A stretch of DNA of 64,000 nucleotides from Macrostomum lignano (taxonomy: Eukaryota): contig NIVC01002305.1 of assembly GCA_002269645.1 (NCBI GenBank), positions 121,340 to 185,339 on the forward strand. Reading direction: 5' to 3'. The position numbers were made by a program, and so were the translations under genes. This document shows, in pieces, positions 54,716-64,000 of this stretch; the first letter of the stretch is position 1; every line of letters begins with the position of its first letter. The notes beneath the pieces were generated by a model. It ran no database searches and was not told the origin of the DNA. It was given only the letters and a program-made list of their open reading frames with translations.

Positions 54716-55812
54716 TCAGGCAATAACAGTTTTATCCTTAGTCCAAACGGTGCACCCAGCGCAGTAGTGAGTTCCGATGAGCACGATGGCGCCAATTGAG
54801 ACAGCAAATGCTGGCCAGATGGCGCAGTGCTTAGCCTGCTCTTTTGTGTAGATCTTAGTGAGCAGCACCGATCTCTTGGAGTCAGTGTTGTCGTCACCTC
54901 GATAATAGCAGGTGAAGTTTCTTCTACGCCTCAGGGTGCGAATGTAGCGCTGGGTCATCTCTACGTTCTCCGTTGGCTCTGGCAGACAGGGCGAGGAACT
55001 GCAGCCCTCCTGATTGGGGCGGAGTTGAGGGGTAGGAAAATTCAAATGACCTGAATGTACATTTAGGGGTAGAGGGAGGCCAGAAGTGTACAGTAAGGGT
55101 TTGAAATAGCTCATATGTACAGCGAAAGGCAGAGATCGAGAGACCGATGATGCGCAGTGAAGTTTGGAAAGGGAATGTATGTACATTTGGAAAGAATGAT
55201 GATGTACAGTGAAGGGCAGAAGGGAATGTACATAGATTAAGGGCAGGGAGACGCACCGTGATGTGCTTCATTGAAGAGGGTGTTTCTGTTCATTCGGAGG
55301 AAGGTTTTTAGAAAGATAGTGACCTGAGTATGTACAACAGTTGCTCTTTTACCTTGGGGTTGCGATAGGGGCCTCGCGGCCTATTCGCGGCGCCTGCGCC
55401 CCCCGTCAGTAGTAAGTAAGTAAGTATGTACAACAGTTTGGCTGAAATTATTCGTTTGTACACACACCTCGTACACGTCGGAAAACGTCAAGTAGTTCTC
55501 AAACAGAGTTCCAGCTGTTGACAGACCAGACACGTTGACCCGAACAACGTAGCATGGGAATCTGCACTTCTCCTTCTTGCACAAGTAGCCATAGCTTTCC
55601 CGTTGGTTGCGCATGCAATAGTGCAAATCTTCGCCAAGATATTCGCAGCTGGTCGGTTGAAATTGCGACTCGCGATAGTACGGCAATATGATGAGATAGG
55701 CAAGGATGCTGGACACTATTAAACCGCAGGCGATCAACGATACGCAGGTGAGGAATACAATCTTTGCCAAGCCGATGACGTTGCAAAGTTTGTGGCATCT
55801 GCGTAAAGCCAT
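54716..55812 (-). CDS. BK-channel beta-subunit-like protein C (close paralog of B). Exons 55812-55468 and 55009-54716. 212 aa.
   Basis: MALRRCHKLC...LPYYRESQFQPTSC...CRFPCYVVRVNVS...DVYE|EGCSSSPC...FTCY. The C-terminal 45 aa are nearly identical to gene B (SVLLTKIYTKEQAKHCAIWPAFAVSIGAIVLIGTHYCAGCTVWT.DKTVIA*). The phase-0 intron is at the same position. Confidence 0.82.
55343..55422 (+). mobile_element. 80-bp severely 5'-truncated retro-insertion: GC-rich 3' end plus (TAAG)n tail, with a 16-bp TSD, in the intron of BK-beta-like gene C.
   Basis: AGTATGTACAACAGTT occurs at 55327-55342 and again at 55423-55438. It flanks GCTC...GGGGCCTCGCGG...GCGCCCCCCGTCAGTAGTAAGTAAGTA. Confidence 0.75.
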
Positions 55813-56039
55813 GACGAAGCACTTAAAGAGAATCTTTGTTTAGAGCGCTGTTCTCGTGTGGACTTGCTTTATACTATTTGAATATGCATTGTGCGAACAT
55901 GGTTGGCTGGCTGGCAAATGGAAGCCTTCAGCTGGGCCCAGTCTGCTGCATTGCGGCATTGAGATTTACATTTCTGGCGGGGCGATTCTGAAGCCAGTCT
56001 GATATTGGTGGCCATTTTTGGCTGTATATTTAGGGCGAG

Positions 56040-57050
56040 GCGATTCTTGGGGGGTTGATTTGGGGTGATTCTTGAGGGGTTGATTTGGGGCGATTCTTGA
56101 GGGGTGGATTTGGGGCGATTCTTGAGGGGTGGATTTGGGGTGATTCTTGAGGGGTTGATTTGGGGCGATTCTTGAGGGGTAGATTTGGGGTGATTCTTGA
56201 GGGGTTGATTTGGGGCGATTCTTGAGGGGTGGATTTGGGGCGATTCTTGAGGGGTGGATTTGGGGTGATTCTTGAGGGGTTGATTTGGGGCGATTCTTGA
56301 GGGGTGGATTTGGGGCGATTCTTGAGGGGTGGATTTGGGGCGATTCTTGAGGGGTGGATTTGGGGCGATTCTTGAGGAGTAGATTTGGGGCGATTCTTGA
56401 GGGGTGGATTTGGGGCGATTCTTGAGGGGTAGATTTGGGGCGATTCTTGAGGGGTGGATTTGGGGCGATTCTTGAGGAGTAGATTTGGGGCGATTCTTGA
56501 GGGGTGGATTTGGGGCGATTCTTGAGGAGTAGATTTGGGGCGATTCTTGAGGGGTGGATTTGGGGCGATTCTTGAAGGGTTGATTTGGGGCGATTCTTGA
56601 GGGGTGGATTTGGGGCGATTCTTGAGGGGTTGATTTGGGGGGGGGTGATTCTTGAGGGGTAGATTTGGGGGGGGGTGATTCTTGAGGGGTAGATTTGGGG
56701 GGGGTGATTCTTGAGGGGTTGATTTGGGGGGGTGATTCTTGAGGGGTTGATTTGGGGGGGGGGGTGATTCTTGAGGGGTTGATTTGGGGGGGTGATTCTT
56801 GAGGGGTTGATTTGGGGCGATTCTTGAGGGGTAGATTTGGGATTGATTCTTGAGGGGTTGATTTGGGGCGATTCTTGAGGGGTTGATTTGGGGCGATTCT
56901 TGAGAGGTTGATTTGGGGCGATTCTTGAGAGGTTGATTTGGGGTGATTCTTGAGGGGTTGATTTGGGGCGATTCTTGAGGGGTTGATTTGGGGCGATTCC
57001 TGATGGGTGATTTGGGGCAATTCGGGATGGGCAGATTTGGGGCGATTCTT
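56040..57050 (-). repeat. 25-bp minisatellite (plus strand GGGGTGGATTTGGGGCGATTCTTGA). Its reverse complement carries CAAGAATCGCCC, as in HID1 intron 3.
   Basis: About 40 copies with GGGG runs. Confidence 0.95.
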
Positions 57051-58106
57051 AAAAGGTAAGGGGTAGATTTGGAGTTGATTCTAAGTGGTAGGTTTTAAGC
57101 GATTCTCTCCAAGTTTAAAGGAAGTTTTGATGCTACATGTACATATTAGGACAAAGAACCCACTTTCAGGCGCTTTTCATGAAGTTTCTGATAGCTTGTG
57201 ATAGCTCATACTTCGTATTTGCCTTGCGTGATTGGAAATACAAATAGTTCCTCCCTCCAAAGTTCCAACAGTGTCACAATCTGATCTGTCTGAGGAATTT
57301 GCTGTCCGCCAATAATCTCCTCCAGAAATTGCATTGGACGACTCGTCACTTCTCAGTTTCGCTTCCCGAATGCCTAGTAAATCCCCCGACCAAGTTGAGT
57401 TGGCAATTCCTAATTATCCGCAGGATCATGTGGGGCAGAGTTTTCCCATTTTCCCCAGCTTATGCGCGTGTTTAGTAAAAGAATAAGAAAACTTACTGTA
57501 TCAGAATTCAGCACCATAAGGTTCCCTATATGATAATACATATGTTTTGTTGCTGACTCCACACTTGACTGCTCACGATTTAGGTTAGGGCTGGGTTCAT
57601 GTTGGTGTTTTAGTAAAAATTAGGGCTAGTATAGTCAATTGTTTGCAGTCAAAAGGGATTGGGAGTCAAACGTCACAGACAGTTTTTGACAACTTCACTT
57701 TAATTGCAGCAAACAATCTAGTGACTTTTTAGAGGCATGGATTCGTAGAGTGCAAAACCATCTGCAAGAACAAGTACAGTTTAAGTAACTTTCGATACAT
57801 ATCGGATAATTTTTAGAATATTTAAATCTAACAATTTTTTGTGAGTTTAAATGTGCACTTTCTTATCTCTTTCGATACATATCGGCTAATCGCTACTACA
57901 ATAGTGCTTTATTGACATAAAATAATAAGAAAGGGCATTTAATCCTTTTATCGTAAAATCACGCCGACTTGTTTGGCTATGCAATTTTTATTTTAAATAA
58001 TCAATTAATATATTAAAGTACAATGTAATAGCATAATTGAAATTGGTATAGCCTTATGCTATTCAATGCAGACAAGCACAAACGGGGTGAAATTAAACAA
58101 AGGTGA

Positions 58107-58143
<37 letters not shown>

Positions 58144-59364
58144 GTAACTCAGTCACCGAATGACCATCCGAGTCCCCACTCTCCTCGGCATCGCCTTATT
58201 TTAGTCGACTAGTCCATTTTTTGTTTTTACCCTACTAAATTAGTAGGAAAACGCAAACTGTGCTACTGATAGTACGAGTGTCGGTTATTATTGTCAATAT
58301 TCATTCGAATGGCAGATGTATGAATAATTTAGCAGCCAAATAAATTTGGGGTTGCAAGGAGACGGTGCTTATAATTATGAATATTGCATTCGCTTTAATG
58401 CAGGTGCTTTATTAAATTTACAATCTAGTAAAAATAATAGCAAAAACAGTCGATGTTATATAAGATCAAACTCAAACAGAGAGCAGTAAAGCAAAATAAG
58501 CAAAGTTAGACTTTAATCTATTCGCTATTTAAGCCTTTCTTAAAATAGCAAATCGGCGAAATTAAAGCCAGAGTAAAATTTCAACTAAAAATTGGTTATG
58601 CGGCAACAAAACACAGTAATATAACAAATTTATGAGTGCTTCAACACCGGAAAATAGGTCGAAAATAGAGAATGTATCGTTTTTTATACTAGCAGTAGCA
58701 TCGTTGGTTTTTTTATCGATGCATAATTGGACTTTATTTCCGAAGAATGAATGCAACCAGAAATTAGGAATCACAGTTTAGGATTATTGAAAATCTGAAC
58801 TTTTTTAATAATAAAAAGTAAACTTAAATTTAAACCCTAAAATACAAATACAACAAACAAAAGTCAATAGAGTACAATTTAGAAACACAACACAAAATTA
58901 TTTGCACTAACGACGCCATGTAAATATCGTAGGAGCACTAACTAACAAGTATAATACAACTAAATTTAATATTGTACAGGTTCAGAGCAAAGACTCGACA
59001 CAGTAAATAAAACGAATAACTTGAGAAAACGTGCAACAAAGCTGTTATTACTATCATTATTATTAAATCATTAGTAAGTAAGTACAAGAGATTCAATGAA
59101 ATAAATAACTTTCTAGACGGCATACGAAAAAAATAGCCAATGACATTCGCTACAGTACAGATAGATATAAACGGTTAAGGAGAATGTCACGCACTGATTT
59201 CTACAAGTTTTATGCATAGAAAAGCAAAGTGTGGAAAGATGATAAACATAAACGAAATAGACGTTTAATATAATGAAGGATATGGAGCAATGCGTAAGTA
59301 CTAGGAGCTCGCACAAACCCTCTTAAAATTTTGCAGCGAGAAACTGGCTTTAGTAAAATGTACA

Positions 59365-59665
59365 CTCGATTTCTAAAAATAGCCACATGCTCCTCCAGCC
59401 CAGTCAAAATCTCTACCCCGTCTAGATGTACACCCGATTTCTAAAAATAGCTACATGCTCCCTCCAGCCCAGTCAAAAGCTCTACCCCGTCTAGATGTAC
59501 ACCCGATTTCTAAAAATAGCCACATGCTCCCTCCAGCCCAGTCAAAATCTCTACCCCGTCTAGATGTACACCCGATTTCTAAAAATAGCTACATGCTCCC
59601 TCCAGCCCAGTCAAAAGCTCTATCCCGTCTAGATGTACCCCGGTTCTAAAAATAGCCCACATGCT
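59365..59665 (+). repeat. About 69-bp tandem repeat (about 4 copies) downstream of the RIM-BP stop.
   Basis: CTAAAAATAG recurs at 59373, 59441, 59510 and 59579. Confidence 0.9.
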
Positions 59666-59961
59666 CTCCCAGCCATGACTCTACCCAGCCTTGATGTAGC
59701 TCGTATATCCAATGTAAAAACAACCCACATGCTCCAGCTCAGCGAAAAATTCTATTGAATACTTTGCCTGGATGTACACCTGATTTTTAAAAAACAGTCT
59801 ACTTGCTCCAGCGCACAGACAGTTAGATACATTACCTCTTCCAGAAATGTACACCTCGTATAAAAATTGCATCAACACAGAAGCGAAATAAATATACATC
59901 ATGGTCATCTAGCAAACCGATATCCTGGCACAAGATATACGAAACTAAAAAAGCAGCAAAA

Positions 59962-60242
59962 TCAGGACTCCTCTTGCAGGAAATTGCTCGGCACGAGACC
60001 CTCGGCACCATTTCGTTCTAACCGGCCCATTAGAAAGCCGTCGTCGTCCATTGGTCCCAGTGCGATGATCACGTCGTCGCGCAGCGACAAAGCTGAGCTC
60101 CATATCGGAGTCAACATTGGGGCTAAGCTCCTTGGGATCGTAGTCGTATAAAGCTACAAGTCGGCGAAGCGGCGTTGCACCATTTGCTGCTGACGAGGAC
60201 GGTTGCTGCTGTTGCTGCTGATGGAGTTGCTGCTGCTGCTGC

Positions 60243-60277
<35 letters not shown>

Positions 60278-62837
60278 TTGTTGCGACAGAAGCAGATCCA
60301 GTTGGCTCGGATCGTCAATTTGTCCAACAGGAACTTCGTTCACCATATTATAGGGATCAGACCCGTGCGACCGTTGCATTCGCCGTGGTAAAATCCGTCT
60401 TCATCTCGGTCGCCCCACACCTTCATCAGCTGACCTTCCTGCGGTGGGGAAAGGAAATGGAAGAAAAAAATTGAGGAAAATCTCACATTGATCACCCCCT
60501 GAGTCACTGCCATTCCCTCCTTGATCCTCCACTGAGTCACCGCCATTCCCTCCTTGATCCTCCACTGAGTCACTGCCATTCCCTCCTTGATCCTCCACTG
60601 AGTCACCGCCATTCCCTCCTTGATCCTCCACTGAGTCACCGCCATTCCCTCCTTGATCCTCCGCTGAGTCACCGCCATTCCCTCCTTGATCCCGACACCC
60701 ACAGCCCTTGAGCACACCCCAGCACAGCGAATTCAACCAACCTTAAACGGCAACTCCTCTTGAATGGCATCCGGGTTCGGGCTCATTGTGGCGGGATCAT
60801 AGTCGAATAGGGCAACAAAAATCCTGGATATCCCGGATGGAGCAGCTCGCTGTTGCTGCTGCGGTTGCTGCTGCTGTTGCATATGCGGCTGCTGCTGCGG
60901 CTGCTCAGGCTCCGGCATTTCAAATGACGACTCCTGCTGCTGACTGGGATGCCGCCTTTGCCGGCCTGCTCGATCCCTGCTCCCAGCTTGATGATGATGG
61001 TGCTGCTGCTGCTGCTGCTGCTGAGGCGGCGCCGGCGGAGGCGGAGGCGGCGGCGAGTCAGACCGGTGGCCACTTTGTCGGCGACTTCGCGATCCTCCGC
61101 CTCCGCCGCCGCCGCCTGCCGCCGCCGATGACTGCCTGGCCTGATGCCGGCCGTGATGGTACGGCTCGCCTCGCCTGCCACCGTAGTGCCGGTCCCGCTG
61201 CTGCTGGTAGCGGTCCCGGTCCCGATCCCGATCCCGGTCCCGATCCCGTCCCGATCCCGGTCCCGATCCCGGTCCCGATCCCGATCCCAGCCGGAGCCGC
61301 GACCGCCGCGTCTGCCGCTGTCGTAGGGATGCGTGACGTCATCGCTGATGATCTCGTCCTCCTCGGGCATGTACTCCTCTTCGGCGTCGGAATAGGGCAG
61401 GTCCTCGTTGGTGACGTCTGGAGGGTTGGCAGTCAGTTCTATGCTTGAGCGATTTCCGATGCATATCGTTGCAATAAGCTTAGTGAAATAAGACAACTGG
61501 CACTCTGATCCTGGCTTCTGTCATATGACTCCATGTCCCTGTCATATGACTCCATGTCCCTGTCATATGACTCCATGTCCCTGTCATATGACTCCATGTC
61601 CCTGTCATTTGACTCCATGTCCCTGTCATTTGACTCCATGTCCCTGTCATTTGACTCCATGTCCCTGTCATATGACTCCATGTCCCTGTCATATGACTCC
61701 ATGTCCCTGTCATTTGACTCCATGTCCCTGTCATTTGACTCCATGTTCCTGTCATATGACTTCATATGATCTCCTTAATCCCTGTCACTCTCATCTCACT
61801 AATCCCTTACACTCTGATCTCCTTAATCCTTGTCACTTTCATCTCACTCATCCCTGTCACTCTCATCTCACTAATCCCTGTCACACTCATCTCACTAATC
61901 CCTGTCACACTGATCTCACTAATCCCTGTCACTCTGATCTCACTAATTCCTGTCACTCTGATCTCCTTAACCCTTGTCACTCTGTTCTCACTAATCCCTG
62001 TCACTCTGATCTCACTAATCCCTGTCACTCTGATCTCCCTAATCCCTGTCACTCTGATCTCACTAATCGCTGTCACACTGATCTCCCTAATCCCTGTCAC
62101 ACTGATCTCCCTAATCCCTGTCACTCTGATCTCACTAATCCCTGTCACACTGATCTCCCTAATCCCTGTCACTCTGACTCCCTAATCCCTGTCACTCTGA
62201 TCTCCCTAATCCCTATCACTCTGATCTCCCTAATCCCTGCCACTCTGATCTCACTAATCCCTGTCACTCTGATCTCCCTAATCCCTGTCACACTGATCTC
62301 CCTAATCCCTGTCACTCTGATCTCCCTAATCCCTGTCACTCTGACTCCCTAATCCCTGTCACTCTGACTCCCTAATCCCTGTCACTCTGATCTCCCTAAT
62401 CCCTGTCACTCTGACTCCCTAATCCCTGTCACTCTGACTCCCTAATCCCTGTCACTCTGATCTCCTTAATCCCTGTCACTCTGATCTCACTAATCCCTGT
62501 CACTCTGATCTCCCTAATCCCTGTCACTCTGATCTCCCTAATCCCTGTCACTCTGATCTCACTAATCCCTGTCACTCTGATCTCACTAATCCCTGTCACT
62601 CTGATCTCCCTAATCCCTGTCACTCTGACTCCCTAATCCCTGTCAGTCTGACTCCCTAATCCCTGTCACTCTGTACCTCTGTCCCTGTACCCGCCCTGTC
62701 ACTCTGTCCCTGTACCCGCCCGAAAGACAAGAGAAAGAAAGCAAGAACTCACGAATTTCAGGTACAGAAACATTCTTTGACAGCCGTTTGTGACCTTGTC
62801 TGTAGGCTCTGTAATCTTCTGTAGGCGATTTGCCAAC
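59962..62837 (-). CDS. RIMBP2: RIMS-binding protein (RIM-BP), 3' part. Exons 62837-62753 (less certain), 61417-60742 and 60438-59962. Encodes SH3 domains 2 and 3. The 5' part lies beyond the window. Three apparent 1-bp frameshifts.
   Basis: SH3-2 reads [28 protein letters not shown]|[29 protein letters not shown](Y)NMV. SH3-3 reads [40 protein letters not shown]...[12 protein letters not shown]. These match the RIM-BP family SH3 consensus. Splice phases are consistent (0/1/0) once the indels are corrected. The symbol is a family-level assignment. Confidence 0.9.
60497..60692 (+). repeat. 33-bp minisatellite GAGTCACCGCCATTCCCTCCTTGATCCTCCACT (6 copies) in the last RIM-BP intron.
   Basis: Each unit junction forms TGAGTCA. 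Confidence 0.93.
61520..62720 (+). repeat. Two adjacent minisatellites in a RIM-BP intron: 21-bp CCCTGTCAT(A/T)TGACTCCATGT (61520-61765) and about 24-bp CCCTGTCACTCTGATCTC(A/C)CTAAT (61775-62720).
   Basis: Directly visible. Both share CCCTGTCA. Confidence 0.95.
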
Positions 62838-63076
62838 CTGGAATAAAAAAAAACAATTTCATATAATATCAAATAAATGAAATGAAATGAAATAACTAAA
62901 TTAAACAGGACAAGAAAAGTAAATCACTGAACAACACCAAGTAGAAAAACGAATTATAAGAATAAAAATGACTACAAGCCAACCAACGCCACACTGAAGC
63001 CGTCACCATGATAGAAAATTTATTTATCAAGTGCCATAAAACAGGTTCCTTGCCACCTCAACACGAAAGCTCCACC

Positions 63077-64000
63077 TCAGCTGGAGCCTTCGCCTCCTCC
63101 GGCGAGGTTCTTCGGGTCCAGCTTCTTGAACATGCTCGCCGTGCCCTCGCCGAACGCTTCAAATCTCTTCTTGGTGTCCCCACCGAAGGCGTCGAACTTT
63201 TTCTTAGTATCCTCGTTGAACGCTGCGAATTTCTTTTTATTTTCCTCGTTGAAGGCTTCGAAATTTTTTCGATTCTCCTCGTTCGCTTCGCGATCTTTTC
63301 GCCCGTCTCATCGGCGATTTCCTCCACTTTTTCTTGGAATTCGTGGAAGCCTTTCTTTAGCCGGCCTAAGAAGCTCGATGGCCTCGATCGATCCTCGGGA
63401 TCGTTTCGCCTTCGGCACCTTCAACACCTTCGCACCTTCAGCACCTTCGGCACCTTCAGCGCTTCAGCAGCCGCAGCTTCAGCAGCCGCAGCTTCAGCAG
63501 CCGCAGCTTCAGCAGCCGCAGCTTCAGCAGCCGCAGCTTCAGCAGCCGCAGCTTCAGCAGCCGCAGCTTCAGCAGCGCAGCTTCAGCAGCCGCAGCTTCA
63601 GCGGCCGCAGCTTCAGCAGCCACAGCTTCAGCAGCCGCAGCTTCAGCGGCCGCAGCTTCAGCAGCCACGGCAGCCTCCTCTTCAGGCGTTGGCAGGGCGT
63701 TCACCCCTAGGCCCGCTGCCTACCCTCGGCCGCTTCGTCGACTGTCCGACCAAACTCGTCCAACAGTTCCCCGCCGGGTCCTCGGACAACCTGTCCGGTG
63801 GATTTGTCTTCGAGCACGCCGAACTCGTTGACCCGCCAGCCGCACTCGGAGGCCAGCAGATGACCGCTCGCCGGGTCGCGAGGCGCGCCGCACACCGGGC
63901 GACACCGAGCGTCGAAGTAGCGACCCTGGGCGCGTCTCTCAACGGCGCCCCGGTTGAGGCGTCGACAGCAGGCCGAATTCGTTCTCGCGTCTTTCTGCCG
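63077..64000 (-). CDS. Unidentified frameshifted ORF (3' end) with [ND]EFG motifs, an (EAAAA)n tract and 11-residue amphipathic repeats. It lies in a RIM-BP intron on the same strand.
   Basis: Joining frames across several 1-bp gaps gives ...GWRVNEFGVLEDKSTGQVVRGPGGELLDEFGRTV...PEEEAAVAA(EAAAA)n...SSFLGRLKKGFHEFQEKVEEIADETGEKIAK-NEENRKNFEAF NEEIKKKFAAF NEDTKKKFDAF GGDTKKRFEAF GEGTASMFKKLDPKNLAGGGEGSS*. TGA is at 63079-63077 and AATAAA at 63024-63019. The composition is GC-rich and exon-like. Confidence 0.55.

Overview
This is eukaryotic (metazoan) genomic DNA: GC-rich exons, AT-rich introns with GT-AG boundaries, and very dense minisatellites. The style resembles a free-living flatworm such as Macrostomum, but that is inference from style only. 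Manual splicing gives: (1) a complete 10-exon HID1 gene (+, 2198-15318, 869 aa); (2) a 4-exon two-pore-domain K+ channel (-, 24140-19504) with a very large M1-P1 loop and one 1-bp frameshift; (3) a 3-exon invertebrate claudin (-, 35147-33343); (4) three 2-exon BK-beta (KCNMB/CaKB-TipE family)-like genes (-45979-44780, +49250-50787, -55812-54716); (5) the 3' exons of a RIM-binding protein (-, 62837-59962, SH3 domains 2 and 3) with three frameshifts; and (6) an unidentified, frameshifted ORF with (EAAAA)n and 11-residue amphipathic repeats at the right edge. Mobile DNA includes an RTE-like LINE whose 5' part is inverted (twin-priming architecture, 9-bp TSD), an 80-bp truncated retro-insertion with a 16-bp TSD, and a mariner-type MITE carrying a minisatellite. 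Most long ORFs in the supplied track are translation artefacts of tandem repeats. The best candidates for novelty are the BK-beta-like cluster next to RIM-BP, the twin-primed LINE, the poly(A)-signal minisatellite behind the claudin, the K2P loop expansion and the nested helical-repeat ORF.
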